In this document: positions 26,865-37,586 of the stretch, one piece after another | Layout: each line of letters opens with the position of its first letter | How positions within the stretch are numbered: the stretch's first letter is position 1 | NCBI GenBank assembly: GCA_000493965.1 | Contig: AWNV01000007.1 | Location: forward strand, 23,351-87,350 | DNA length: 64,000 nucleotides | Direction of reading: 5' to 3' | Origin: Candidatus Aminicenans sakinawicola JGI OTU-1 | GTDB lineage: Bacteria > Acidobacteriota > Aminicenantia > Aminicenantales > Aminicenantaceae | The notes under the pieces: generated by a model | What the model was told of the DNA's origin: nothing | Seen by the model: only the letters and a program-made list of their open reading frames with translations | Databases searched by the model: none | Position numbers and translations under genes: made by a program

Positions 26865-28038
26865 TAATCTGAGTTTTATCTTTAAGGATACGTTCCAGAG
26901 TGAAAGGAACAGCCATCATATAGAGAAAAAGCGAAGTAATTTCTGAGTCTCCGAAATTGTATTCAAATATGCCTGCTGTTATGAGTGCTAAGAGTGCGGC
27001 CAGAGAAGCCGCGGCAAAGGGGAAGACAGAGGAATCTTTGGTTTTGATAAGCTTGATAAGTGAAATAAATATCCAGATCATGAATACAAGCCAGGCAAGC
27101 AGTGTTGGAATCCCCCTTTCTGCTGCGATTTGTGTGAAGTTGTTGTGAAGATGAACATTTCTCTTCGCCTCTTCGGAAAGGCCGTATTTAGGATTTTGGA
27201 ATACCATGTCCACTGTGTCGGGGCCTGTACCAAAGAGAGGGAAATCCTTTATTATTTTAATTCCGGTATGTAAATATTCGATTCTCTGCGTGTTGGAGTA
27301 GCCATTCAAGCTGAAGGTGCTGAGAGCTCTCTTTTTTACATTCTTGGGGCTTAGAAGAAAAATTAGTCCCACAGCAAGGGGAATGATGATTAAAGCTTTA
27401 GGTTTGTAAAGAAAAAGGAGCACGAGTGAAGCGACAATGATTCCAATCCAGGCACATCTTGTTAGAGTAAATATTAGTGCGATAGTGGAAAGGAGAAATC
27501 CCAATCCCCAGAGGAACCTTACCCTGTTGCGGTAAAACAGAAACATGCTCAAAGCCATGGTGCTGAAGAGAAGCAGAAGGCCGGCCTGTGTCATGTAATG
27601 TCCCATAAATCCTGCCACTCTTTCCCCCGGCGAGGCCTTAAATATGAAATAGAAAATAGAACAGAGAATAGAAATATATCCTGAAGCCAGAAGAGCCAGG
27701 CTGGCATTTTTAATCTCTTTTTCCCTGCTAAATCCAGTATAGACCATTGGGATTATAAGGAAAAGGAGGAGCTCCCTGCAGTCTTTTAAACTGACCTCAG
27801 GATTAACCGATAAAAAGGAAGAAATAAGTGAAAGGATGCAGTAAACGGCCATGGCCCAGAAGAAAGGGGGCACAAGAAATTTTTGTTTTTTAGTTAGGAG
27901 CAGAATAAGCCAGCAAAGAAGAGAGATGGAAAGGAGAACCTGACTTATGCTTATGGATATCATCGAAAAAAGCAGATAGAATATAAGGGTTACCGGGAGA
28001 ACGGCTAAAATTTTTATTTGATGGCTTTTTATGCTCAT
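26851..28038 (-). CDS. O-antigen ligase (WaaL-like) family protein
   Basis: Multi-TM; TLTRCAW; HLHNNFTQIAAERG. Confidence 0.85.
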   Translation of the reverse strand: MSIKSHQIKILAVLPVTLIFYLLFSMISISISQVLLSISLLCWLILLLTKKQKFLVPPFFWAMAVYCILSLISSFLSVNPEVSLKDCRELLLFLIIPMVYTGFSREKEIKNASLALLASGYISILCSIFYFIFKASPGERVAGFMGHYMTQAGLLLLFSTMALSMFLFYRNRVRFLWGLGFLLSTIALIFTLTRCAWIGIIVASLVLLFLYKPKALIIIPLAVGLIFLLSPKNVKKRALSTFSLNGYSNTQRIEYLHTGIKIIKDFPLFGTGPDTVDMVFQNPKYGLSEEAKRNVHLHNNFTQIAAERGIPTLLAWLVFMIWIFISLIKLIKTKDSSVFPFAAASLAALLALITAGIFEYNFGDSEITSLFLYMMAVPFTLERILKDKTQINEEK

Positions 28039-28124
28039 TATGAATAATAGGATAATATAATAGAAGGTCAAAAAGTTCAAATAGCAAATAATCAGGATGG
28101 ATTCAACTTGTATTCCAATTTAAC

Positions 28125-29174
28125 TTATTGCAGAAAAGTAAGGCAGGCTTGATAAACTTCTTCAGGAGTGATGTTTCTTAGGCACCTGAAATCTCCGTAA
28201 ATACAGTGTCTTTGTTTGCAGGGGCGGCATTCAAACTCCTTTTCAATTATAAATGCATTTGCCTGCCATGGGGCGAAATTGGCAGGGAGAGTAGGTCCAA
28301 AATAAGCCACTATAGGAGTAGAAGTAGATGCGGCAATGTGCATAGGGCCGGAGTCAGGGCCTACAAACAGGGATGAACGGGATATGAGCTCTTTTAATTC
28401 CCTTAGATTAATCCTGTCGACAAGAGAGAAAAGAGGCACAGTGCTTTTTTTCAATATTTTTTCTTCAGCACTTTTATCTTCACAGGCACCTACCAGGACA
28501 ATTTTTACATTTGGAAATTCAGACAAGAGATGAACTAATTTGGTTATATTATCTGTTCCCCAGTCGCGAAATTTATTTCCGGCGCTGATGTGCAGTATTA
28601 TGACTCTGGAGTTATTGAGATTGTTTTTAGATAAGAATGTTTTTACCTTTTTCATTTCTGCTTCTTGAGTTTTTGGGAGGAATAACGGTGCAGAATATGT
28701 GGTGGTAATCCCCAGGGCTTTGACAAGGTTGATGTGGTTTTCAACGCTGTGAAAAGTGCCTTTTTTTGGTTCACGGGGGAGCTTGATGTCATATATAAAA
28801 TTCTTGTATTTTATCCTGTATCCGATTTTTAACTTTGCTTTGGAAAATAAAGCAATAAGAGATGCTGTGGGCCCTCCGTGAAAATCGATAGCCACATCAT
28901 ACTTTTCTTGTCGGACCTTACGGATATGTTTTATGAATTCTTTTGTGCTTAAATTCTTTGGTAATATGATGACTTTGGATAGAGCCGGATTTCCCTCGAC
29001 GAGTTCCTTGTAAGGCTCTTCTATGATGTATGAAATAGCAGCCTGGGGAAAGCTTTCTTTTAGTACAGAGACTGCAGGGGTTGTCATGACGACGTCTCCG
29101 ATTCGTCTCAGCCGTATAAGAAGAACTCTTTTTATTGAGGACGGATCAATCCTTAGTTGCCCTGTCTGGTTCAA
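28125..29174 (-). CDS. GT9 lipopolysaccharide heptosyltransferase family
   Basis: IRLRRIGDVVMTTP; DSGPMHIAA; YFGPT. Confidence 0.9.
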   Translation of the reverse strand: MNQTGQLRIDPSSIKRVLLIRLRRIGDVVMTTPAVSVLKESFPQAAISYIIEEPYKELVEGNPALSKVIILPKNLSTKEFIKHIRKVRQEKYDVAIDFHGGPTASLIALFSKAKLKIGYRIKYKNFIYDIKLPREPKKGTFHSVENHINLVKALGITTTYSAPLFLPKTQEAEMKKVKTFLSKNNLNNSRVIILHISAGNKFRDWGTDNITKLVHLLSEFPNVKIVLVGACEDKSAEEKILKKSTVPLFSLVDRINLRELKELISRSSLFVGPDSGPMHIAASTSTPIVAYFGPTLPANFAPWQANAFIIEKEFECRPCKQRHCIYGDFRCLRNITPEEVYQACLTFLQ

Positions 29175-29334
29175 TGGTTGCCTCGTCGATTAGCATGACC
29201 GGGATGTCGTCTTTTATAGGGTACACACGAGAGCATTTTACACACTTAAGACCTTTCTCGTCGGATGTAAGCTTGACATCTGCCTTGCATTTTGGGCAGG
29301 CAAGGATTGCAAGAAGCTGGGGGTCTATTGTCAT
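29146..29334 (-). CDS. Trm112-family protein (YcaR-like)
   Basis: LLAILACPKCK...CVKC.RVYPIKDDIPVML. Confidence 0.9.
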   Translation of the reverse strand: MTIDPQLLAILACPKCKADVKLTSDEKGLKCVKCSRVYPIKDDIPVMLIDEATIEPDRATKD

Positions 29335-29472
29335 CTTTTTTCTCCTCCTCGATATCATATAAATTATTTGTTAGCCAGTCAATATTTTGCTATGTTAGGA
29401 GATGGCAGACGTTTCGTTGACATCAAATGATGTCTGTGGTATTAATTTTTAGGTAAGGGAAAAATAAATCCG

Positions 29473-30171
29473 ATGAAAAATCAAGATAATAAAGTTCCCC
29501 TTCCTAAGACCCGTATCAACAAGATTATGCTTGGGTCTCTTGAACGCCCGGCACTACACTGGATGGCAAAACATTTACCCTCATGGGTGCTTCCTGACCA
29601 TCTTTCGCTTGTAGCCATCATTTCTGCCGTGGTTATTTTCATATCCTACTGGTTAGCGCGTTTTAGCCTGGATTGGCTTTGGCTGGTCAATTTTGCCCTT
29701 ATAGTGCACTGGGCAGGCGATAGTCTGGATGGAACCCTTGCCAGAGTCCGTCATATTGAACGCGAACGCTATGGTCTTTTTGTTGACCATAATTGCGATA
29801 CAATCGCCATGTTCTTAATCTGTGTGGGAATGGGTGTATCCCCCTTAATGGACTTAAGAATTTCGCTTTTGGTTCTTATCGCCTATTATTCTATGTCCAT
29901 ATTAGTTTATCTCGTCTCAATGGCGCGTGGGGTTTTTAAAATTTCCTTTGCTGGATTAGGTCCTACCGAAGTAAGACTTGCAATTATTATTGCTAATATT
30001 ATTATTTGGTGTCTTAAAAACCCTGTAGTTGGTATCGGCAAAATTAACTTGACTATTTTTAGCTGGATTGGACTGATTGCGGCGATAATTCTGTTGGTAA
30101 TTTACTTAGTTTCTTTTGAAATCGAACGGAGAAAACTGGCGCGTTTGGATCCGATGCCAAAGAGAAAATAA
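29473..30171 (+). CDS. CDP-alcohol phosphatidyltransferase family protein
   Basis: DSLDGTLAR...RYGLFVDHNCD (DxxDGxxAR..G..D..D). Confidence 0.88.
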   Translation: MKNQDNKVPLPKTRINKIMLGSLERPALHWMAKHLPSWVLPDHLSLVAIISAVVIFISYWLARFSLDWLWLVNFALIVHWAGDSLDGTLARVRHIERERYGLFVDHNCDTIAMFLICVGMGVSPLMDLRISLLVLIAYYSMSILVYLVSMARGVFKISFAGLGPTEVRLAIIIANIIIWCLKNPVVGIGKINLTIFSWIGLIAAIILLVIYLVSFEIERRKLARLDPMPKRK

Positions 30172-30227
30172 GTCTTGGGAGTTAAATCTGTATAACAATT
30201 TTATAATTATTATTAAATCTGGATCAT

Positions 30228-31232
30228 TCAGGCCAGTATCTCCACTTCTCTTTTTCCTTCAACAATCTCACCTATAACCCATGCTTTCTGACCAAGTTCT
30301 TCAAATAAGGTGACTGCTTTCTCAGCACTTCGTGTGCTTGAGACAAGAACCATCCCAATACCCATGTTAAACGTCCTGAACATTTCCTTTTCTTCTATTG
30401 TTCCTTTTTTCTGAATCTTTTTAAAAATTGGAGGAATATGCCAGGACCCTTTCTTTATCCTAGCTGCAAGGCCTTCCGGGAGGACTCTTGGGATATTTCC
30501 ATAAAAACCTCCTCCGGTAATATGTGCCATGGATTTAATACGGATTCTCTTCATGACTTTTAGTATTGATCTTGTATAAATCCTGGTTGGTTTAAGCAGT
30601 TCTTTTCCTATCTTTCCACTCATTTCTTCATGGCTGAAGATTTTTCGAACAAGCGAAAAACCGTTGCTGTGAATACCACTTGAGGCAAGCCCCAGGATTT
30701 TATCTTCTTTTCTGCAGAGATGGCCATCGATTATTTTCTCCCGGCTCACGATACCGGTGCAAAAACCGGCAAGGTCGAATTTATCTTGTGAATACATTCC
30801 TGGAAGCTCTGCAGTTTCCCCTCCAACAAGAGCGCAGCCTGCTTTCTGACACCCTCTGGCAATACCTTTCATGAGAGAATAGAGTTTTTTCTTGTTAAGC
30901 TTTCCGCATGCTATGTAATCCAAAAAGAGCAGCGGTTCCGCACCTGCCACTACGACATCATCCGCACACATTGCTACAAGATCGATTCCTATAGTGTCAT
31001 ATTTATTTAAAGCGTCTGCCAGCAGTAATTTAGTGCCTACGCCGTCCGTGGAAGAGACTATGACGGGATCTTTTATTCCTTTGAGACGTGGCATGAAAAG
31101 TCCACTGAACCCCCCAATTTTTCCCAGGACTTCTGGACGCCGTGTTTTTTCTATGAGGTGTTCGATTTCCTTAATAAACACTTCAGCCCCATCGATATCA
31201 ACGCCGGCTTTTTTATAGGTTAGAGCTGACAT
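30228..31232 (-). CDS. purM: Phosphoribosylformylglycinamidine cyclo-ligase
   Basis: YKKAGVDI, TDGVGTK, GGETAELPG, SSGIHSNG and TFNMGIG motifs. Confidence 0.96.
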   Translation of the reverse strand: MSALTYKKAGVDIDGAEVFIKEIEHLIEKTRRPEVLGKIGGFSGLFMPRLKGIKDPVIVSSTDGVGTKLLLADALNKYDTIGIDLVAMCADDVVVAGAEPLLFLDYIACGKLNKKKLYSLMKGIARGCQKAGCALVGGETAELPGMYSQDKFDLAGFCTGIVSREKIIDGHLCRKEDKILGLASSGIHSNGFSLVRKIFSHEEMSGKIGKELLKPTRIYTRSILKVMKRIRIKSMAHITGGGFYGNIPRVLPEGLAARIKKGSWHIPPIFKKIQKKGTIEEKEMFRTFNMGIGMVLVSSTRSAEKAVTLFEELGQKAWVIGEIVEGKREVEILA

Positions 31233-31299
31233 AATAATTTCTCCTTTTGTTAAGGGACTTTAAGCTTTGTCCAAGTTATATCATCCTAATATGATTGAG

Positions 31300-32415
31300 T
31301 CAGACCTTGACAATATTGATGCCTTTTTTCCAGGCTAGTGTATCATACACGTTGATGATTTTGTCGGCCATGGACTCGGCCGAAAATTTCTGATGGACAA
31401 CCTCGTATCCTCTTTCTCCCAGGCGTGATGCAAGTGTTCTGTCGTTGTAGAGCTTAAGGATGGACTTGGCTAAAGCTGAAGGCCTGCGTGGGGGAACTAA
31501 CAGGCCTGTTTCTCCTTGAATTACAACTTCAGGGATCCCTCCGACTTTAGTAGCCACAACGGGCAGCCGGCAGGCCATGGCATCCATAAGGATGCTTCCC
31601 ATTCCTTCCATATGAGAAGAGAGTACAAACAAATCAAGAGATGCGAGGATTTGAGGAACATCTTTTCTGAATCCGAGAAAGAACACCATGTCTTCTACAT
31701 CGATCTCTTTTACCTGCCTGTTTAATTCCATCTTTAAAGGCCCCTCACCTACTATTATAACTTTAATCTTAGGTGCGACTTCTTTGAGGAGTTTTGTAGC
31801 CTGGATTAAATATTTATGACCTTTATGGTCTGCAAGATGCGCCACTATCCCTACAAGAAAATCATCTGGAGAACAGGATATCTCACGACGCAGATAGTCG
31901 CTTGAAACAGCCCTATTGTATGGAGTAAAGTCAATCCCATCAGGAACAACTCTGATTATTCCTGGATTTATTCCTCCATCAACAAGGACATTTTTTACTC
32001 CTTCAGAGACAGCAATGATGGCATCGATATGTTTCATATATTTAGCACGGGATAAATAATTGCTTTTTAGCTGGAAATCTACCCGCCTTGAAATGATTCT
32101 CAGAGGAACTTTGGCCAGGGATGCAGCTGCGGATCCAACCGTTATGGAATGTGCGTCGTGAAAATGGACCAGACGGCATTTCCTGCGCTTCATGGCACTT
32201 GCGAGCCGGAGCACGGCTGCAATGTCAAGTTCATTTCCGATTTTAATAGGTATGACAGGAAGGTTTGCCTCTAAGGCTTTGCGGTGAAGTGGGCTGCTGG
32301 GCTGGACACAATAATGAAAGAGTAACCCTTTTCGTTTCAGCTCTTTTGCCAGGAAGAAAGACTGTCTCTGTCCGCCTCTCCATTCCTTGCCCGCATCAAT
32401 TTGGAAAAGGCTCAA
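31300..32415 (-). CDS. GT4 glycosyltransferase
   Basis: WRGGQRQ; HKGH; EGMGSILMDAMA; VGGIPE. Confidence 0.9.
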   Translation of the reverse strand: MSLFQIDAGKEWRGGQRQSFFLAKELKRKGLLFHYCVQPSSPLHRKALEANLPVIPIKIGNELDIAAVLRLASAMKRRKCRLVHFHDAHSITVGSAAASLAKVPLRIISRRVDFQLKSNYLSRAKYMKHIDAIIAVSEGVKNVLVDGGINPGIIRVVPDGIDFTPYNRAVSSDYLRREISCSPDDFLVGIVAHLADHKGHKYLIQATKLLKEVAPKIKVIIVGEGPLKMELNRQVKEIDVEDMVFFLGFRKDVPQILASLDLFVLSSHMEGMGSILMDAMACRLPVVATKVGGIPEVVIQGETGLLVPPRRPSALAKSILKLYNDRTLASRLGERGYEVVHQKFSAESMADKIINVYDTLAWKKGINIVKV

Positions 32416-33193
32416 TCTTCTCTCCTTTCTTCCATATCTCTCTGAGCTTTACGTATCTGGCGAAGACAGAGTAGCTGTGAAGGGCAGAAATTACAAAACC
32501 GGCATATCCATCCAAAAACCCGGCTTTCAGAAAAAAAGATTTTATGAAATGAAAAAAAGGAAGGATTGCCAGATTGTACCAGTGACATTTCTTATTCTGT
32601 GCATATATCTTTTGTGCAGCGAGATCGGAAAACTTGTTGATCCGTTTAAGGTGGTCATGTATATCACGGTATGTAAAGTGATAAATAACACCTTTTAATT
32701 TTTGTATTTTCCCTTCAATATTCAGATTTTCATGGATATACTTACCTTCCCAGGTGGCCTTATCTTTGCGGAATAAACGGATTTTCCTGTCGGGATACCA
32801 GCCGGAATGGCGTATCCATTTCCCCAAGTAATAGACTTTCCGTGGGATGGAGAAACCAGAACAATCCGGCTGCTCCTCCTTCATCTGGAGTATTTCCTCG
32901 CGCAGTCCTGTCGAAAGCCGTTCATCTGCATCTAGGGAAAAAATCCACGGATAGGAAGCTTTACTATTAGCGAAATTTTTTTGATCAGCATAATTGGTCC
33001 ATTTCCGCTGGAAAACGTGCTTTGAATGGTTTTTAGCAATTTTGAGAGTATCATCCGTGCTGAAACTGTCCACAATGATGATTTCAGAGGCAATGTCGGA
33101 AATGCTCTCTAGGGCAGCTTCGAGGTTTTTCTCTTCATTGTAAGTAATGATTACGGCTGAAATTTTCATTTCTTCCATATTAGCATAATTCAA
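32396..33193 (-). CDS. GT2 glycosyltransferase (WaaE/KdtX-like)
   Basis: ITYNEE, VDSFSTD, LDADE, WYPD..IRLF and HE motifs. Confidence 0.9.
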   Translation of the reverse strand: MNYANMEEMKISAVIITYNEEKNLEAALESISDIASEIIIVDSFSTDDTLKIAKNHSKHVFQRKWTNYADQKNFANSKASYPWIFSLDADERLSTGLREEILQMKEEQPDCSGFSIPRKVYYLGKWIRHSGWYPDRKIRLFRKDKATWEGKYIHENLNIEGKIQKLKGVIYHFTYRDIHDHLKRINKFSDLAAQKIYAQNKKCHWYNLAILPFFHFIKSFFLKAGFLDGYAGFVISALHSYSVFARYVKLREIWKKGEKIEPFPN

Positions 33194-33222
33194 GTCATTT
33201 GTGGATTATTCATAATTCTAAT

Positions 33223-33336
33223 GGTACCTGGTACCTTTTAACAAAAAAGCTGCTGATTACTCAAAAGGTACCTGGTACCGAGGATAAATTACAGTAAAAA
33301 ATTGGAAAAAACAAGAAAGGTACCAGGTACCTTTTT
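33223..33336. repeat. REP-like cluster of three GGTACCWGGTACC palindromes
   Basis: Copies at 33223-33235, 33267-33279 and 33319-33331; AAAAGGTACCTGGTACC and its exact reverse complement form a 17-bp inverted pair. Confidence 0.85.
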
Positions 33337-33415
33337 GCTGGGGTTAAAAACCTTAGTGGAGCGCAAACATGCCCTAAAATTCATCTTATCCAAATTTAGC
33401 GTCCCCTTTAACAGC

Positions 33416-34969
33416 TTAGTGAAATTGGGATATTTTTATATTTCTTGTATCGAGACTTGTCCCTATAACCTGTTCTAACTTGGCCAGAGCAATGCTGTAA
33501 TCAACCAGGGCTTTAATCTCCATGGATCTTGCATTAGCTAATTTTTCTTGGTACTCGAGGACGAAATAGTTGGTTGTAAGGCCTACGCTAAGTTTTTTCT
33601 CTTCTGCTATCATTCTTTTCTCAGCAAGTTCCCTTGCAAGCCCGTAGGCTTCAACTCTCTTTGCGTTTGTGTCAATCTGTCTGACTGCATCCCTTACTTC
33701 CAGAAGGATTTGTTTTTCGCTGTTTTTAAGCTCCAGGAGGCTCTGTTCCAATCCCATTCTGGCCCTGACAAACTCGGTTCTTGTCAAAACATTACTAAGA
33801 GGTACGGAAAGAGTGACTCCTACTGTCCAGTTCTTGTAAAGGAATTGAAAAGCATCGCGAACTGAGTCTCTGGCGCTGCCCTGTTCCTTGCCGATAACAG
33901 TTCCATAAAAGACATCGTCGCCTTCATAAATGAGCCTGTCTCCTGATATGCCTGGGCTCCAGTAAGAAAAACTTAAGTCGAGCCCTGGCAGCATCTGATT
34001 TTTTGCTACACTCAGGTCTAAATTTTTGGATTCCACATTTGTCTGATTCACCTTTAAATCTGGCCTGTTTATAATCGCCTGTTTTAAAGCATTGTCAAGA
34101 GAGATCTTTTTTTTCACAAAACGGGGTTCATCAAGTGGGACAATTTTTTTGATTGTGACCTCTTCTTCTGGCAAATTAAGAATGTTTTTTAGAATATCTT
34201 CACTGCCTCTGATCAGAGCTTCTGCTGCAAGAATATCAGCTTCACGTTGGGCTACGACCGACTCTGCATTGAGGATTTCTATTGGTGCTAATTTACCGAA
34301 CTCGACTTCCTTTTTATTCTTTGCCAGTAAGTCCTTGGCAAGCTGGAGAGATTGTTCTTTTACTTTATAGCCTTCAATAGCATAGACAAGGTTCCAGTAG
34401 GTTTCCTGGACTTTATAGATTGTATCTTGAAGAATTCGTTTGAATTGATTACGCGAAATATCCAGGTTATTCTGGGCAATAATGATTTCTTTTCGGCTTA
34501 TTTTGTAACCGAAGTTTTTTAAGAGAGGCTGTGTAAAATCAAACTGGATGGTGCTGCCATAACGCGGATTGATTAGCTGGAAGCCCTCATTTGTTTCGGA
34601 TCTATAATTGGTCATGGATAAAGAAAAATTACCTCCGGTAGGAATCTGCTGAACCAGAGCTATAGAGTAATTGGAATACTTGCTTTCAACTGTGCCTGCA
34701 CCCTGGATCCACCAGTATGAAGGGTTTTCATTTTGGCGGTTGCTGTAGCCTATGTCAAAACGCGGCATAAAAAGTCCTTTGGCTTGTGTAACAGATACGT
34801 CAGCCATCTCAGGATTATAGACCTCAACAGCTACTTTAAGGTTATTCTCCATTGCCTTGACAATACAGTCTTCGAGAGATAAAGAAAGGATTTCTTCTCC
34901 TGTACAGGGTGAAATGATGCTAAAGTAAAACAGAATAATGATTGGAATACCAAGAATTTTAAATTTCAT
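33416..34969 (-). CDS. TolC-family outer-membrane efflux protein
   Basis: Signal peptide; LSLEDC...AMENN; VQETYWNL; two-repeat OEP architecture. Confidence 0.9.
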   Translation of the reverse strand: MKFKILGIPIIILFYFSIISPCTGEEILSLSLEDCIVKAMENNLKVAVEVYNPEMADVSVTQAKGLFMPRFDIGYSNRQNENPSYWWIQGAGTVESKYSNYSIALVQQIPTGGNFSLSMTNYRSETNEGFQLINPRYGSTIQFDFTQPLLKNFGYKISRKEIIIAQNNLDISRNQFKRILQDTIYKVQETYWNLVYAIEGYKVKEQSLQLAKDLLAKNKKEVEFGKLAPIEILNAESVVAQREADILAAEALIRGSEDILKNILNLPEEEVTIKKIVPLDEPRFVKKKISLDNALKQAIINRPDLKVNQTNVESKNLDLSVAKNQMLPGLDLSFSYWSPGISGDRLIYEGDDVFYGTVIGKEQGSARDSVRDAFQFLYKNWTVGVTLSVPLSNVLTRTEFVRARMGLEQSLLELKNSEKQILLEVRDAVRQIDTNAKRVEAYGLARELAEKRMIAEEKKLSVGLTTNYFVLEYQEKLANARSMEIKALVDYSIALAKLEQVIGTSLDTRNIKISQFH

Positions 34970-35161
34970 ATTTATCCTCCTCTTTGCATAATTCTTTTTT
35001 AACTTTTCATTCTAGCAAATAATGTTAATAAAACCTAAAAATTCTAATTATGATTTTAAACTCTAAATCTTTATACGTTATATCCACTAAATTAGTTCAG
35101 CATTATGGGTGCTTTTCTTACTTGACAATTTATTGTATTTTAATATCAGCAAAAAAATAAG

Positions 35162-37540
35162 ATGAAAAGAAGGCGGTTCATTTTCTTTCTGCTTCCTTTC
35201 CTACTATACTCTTTTCTTCTCGGGATGGTTTTTCTTTTTATTGGTCAGATAGGTGAATTTTCTATTAAAAACCATTCCTTTCGTCCGAGTGCTTTTCCTG
35301 TAATATTACTTTGCCTTCTTTTTTTTCTCCTTCTCCTCGGAATCTGGATGCTCTATTCAAAGATAATATCTAAGATCTTCCTCGTCGATTATAATGAAGT
35401 TCTTGCAAAGGATTTCCTGAGTTATATCCCTGTTGTCTTTTTTCTCTTTCTTCCTTTTGCAAATACTAATTACTTGTCGTCGGAGGACCTCCTGAAACGC
35501 TGTAAACTTCTCATCATAGCAGTCATTTTTTCTTTTCTCTACTTGAAAATAGCTCACATCTATCGACTGTTAAAGGAGAAACCGTCATTGTTTAAGAATT
35601 GGGCAGAGCGGTTTTCATCGATATCACTCAAAAGAAAGTTAGCACTTCTTTTCATTGCTGCTGTTGTTCTTTACAATGCAGGAGCAGCGTTGATGGTTTC
35701 CGAAGGGGCTGCTTTTTCAGGAGATGAACCTCACTATCTTCTTATTTCCCACAGTCTTACTGCGGACGGCGATTTCGACCTTGCAAATAATTATTCCAAT
35801 AGAGACTATACAAAATTTTTACTGAAACGGGTCAGAATCAAATCACATGTCGCTCCGGGCACAGAGGGCCGATATTCTTTTCATTCACCCGGAACATCTC
35901 TTGTTATTCTTCCCTTCTGTTATTGTGGGTCTTTATTCGGTGGAAAGCTTCTGGTCATTATTGTGCGTTTCGGCATGAGTATCTTCGGAGCCCTGCTGGG
36001 GCTTCAGATTTTTCTTTATGCCCGCCAGGAGTGGGAAAATGAGAAGCTTGCATTTGCCCTCTGGTTTTTATACGCTTTTTCATCACCTGTATTTTTTTAT
36101 TCTATCCACATCTACCCGGAAATCATAATTGCTCTTTTTTCTCTTACCGTCTTTCGGATTTTTCGTTTCTCAGACTCTTTCTCAAAGTTTTCGCTGCTGT
36201 TTTGTGGTTTTCTTCTCTCAACATTTATCTGGTTTCATACACAGAAATACATATTCATAATGGTGCCTTTGTTTATTTACGGGCTCTGGGTTCTGATAAA
36301 AAAACACAGGATAGGATGGAATCTTATATATTTTCTTGTTTTTCCATTTGGACTTACTATATTCTATTTTATCTTTCAATACAGCCTGTACGGCTCTTTT
36401 TCCCTCTCTGCAGTATCCCCAGGCGGAGCTTTGTCGGCCCCGGAATCCCTTGCCTATTTAAAGGCTTTAATCCTGGATATTCCTTTCCATTACAGATGGG
36501 AAAGCCTTGCCGGCTATTTTTTTGACCAGAGAGATGGACTTCTACTCTATGCACCTATCTATTTTTTCTCCTTTCTGGGAATGATAGAAATGGCAAAAAG
36601 AAAATCCAGAGATTTTATCCTTCTACTTTTTCTTACAGTTCCTTATGTGATTAACTATGCTTTCCTGACTCAGAGAACCGGATATGCCCCTCAAGCCAGG
36701 CCGTTAGTTTCTGTTTCCTGGGCACTTGCGATTTTTGTTGGCTTTTTCCTTGCCTATAATACAAAAAAGATATTTTCCACTTTTTTTTCCTGTGCTGTCT
36801 TTTTAAGCTGCCTCGCAGTTTTTCTCCTGTTGAAAAATCCTCTGGCACTATATCAGCTTACAACTAGGGGAGAGACAGAACGGGCTGGAAAGTTATTTCT
36901 TTTATTGAGTAATCTTCACTTTTCTCTTCCCAAGTTTCTGCCTTCATACTTGAAGATAGATAATTCCAAATGGATTCCAAATTACGTCTGGGTAGGGGCT
37001 GTTCTCCTGTTTGCAGCCGCGTATCTGGTTGTAAAAAGACGCAGGGTTTTCTCCAAATTTTCCTTCCATGTTGTTTTCTCGTTTATCGGCGTAACCATTT
37101 TTTTCATCTGGTTTGTTCTTTATCCAAGAACAATCATCAGTCATCCCGAAAAGGCAGCCTTCACTTCCGGGGAGAAGATAAATTTTTATTCTATAGGGCG
37201 AGTGGCCAGGATGATAGAACCCGGGAAATTTCATTTGCCGGAAGATGATAGAGCTTATATTTTCAGTTTCACATCCTGGCGCAGGATAGAAAAAATCCGG
37301 CTCGATTTTGGCTCTCTAAAAGAGGACTATTATTTAAAAATAAAATATTTTGATTCAGAGGTTTTTCAAGGGTATACGAAAAAAGAAATAAAGACTCTTT
37401 ATTTTTCTCCTTCTCCATCTTATCGCCTAAAAAGATCGAACATGTATCGAATCAGTATCTACCTGGAAAAAAAGCCGGGACCTGTGACCTATGAGGACCC
37501 TTATGTTTTTTCTATCTTACCTAGCAGCACAGACTCTTAG
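35162..37540 (+). CDS. GT-C-fold-like polytopic membrane protein, paralog 1
   Basis: FSGDEPHYLLISHSL..DGDFDLANNY; DQRDGLLLYAP; many TM helices. Confidence 0.75.
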   Translation: MKRRRFIFFLLPFLLYSFLLGMVFLFIGQIGEFSIKNHSFRPSAFPVILLCLLFFLLLLGIWMLYSKIISKIFLVDYNEVLAKDFLSYIPVVFFLFLPFANTNYLSSEDLLKRCKLLIIAVIFSFLYLKIAHIYRLLKEKPSLFKNWAERFSSISLKRKLALLFIAAVVLYNAGAALMVSEGAAFSGDEPHYLLISHSLTADGDFDLANNYSNRDYTKFLLKRVRIKSHVAPGTEGRYSFHSPGTSLVILPFCYCGSLFGGKLLVIIVRFGMSIFGALLGLQIFLYARQEWENEKLAFALWFLYAFSSPVFFYSIHIYPEIIIALFSLTVFRIFRFSDSFSKFSLLFCGFLLSTFIWFHTQKYIFIMVPLFIYGLWVLIKKHRIGWNLIYFLVFPFGLTIFYFIFQYSLYGSFSLSAVSPGGALSAPESLAYLKALILDIPFHYRWESLAGYFFDQRDGLLLYAPIYFFSFLGMIEMAKRKSRDFILLLFLTVPYVINYAFLTQRTGYAPQARPLVSVSWALAIFVGFFLAYNTKKIFSTFFSCAVFLSCLAVFLLLKNPLALYQLTTRGETERAGKLFLLLSNLHFSLPKFLPSYLKIDNSKWIPNYVWVGAVLLFAAAYLVVKRRRVFSKFSFHVVFSFIGVTIFFIWFVLYPRTIISHPEKAAFTSGEKINFYSIGRVARMIEPGKFHLPEDDRAYIFSFTSWRRIEKIRLDFGSLKEDYYLKIKYFDSEVFQGYTKKEIKTLYFSPSPSYRLKRSNMYRISIYLEKKPGPVTYEDPYVFSILPSSTDS

Positions 37541-37586
37541 GATATTTTCTTGACATCTGTCACTAATTTTACTATCTCTCAATAGA

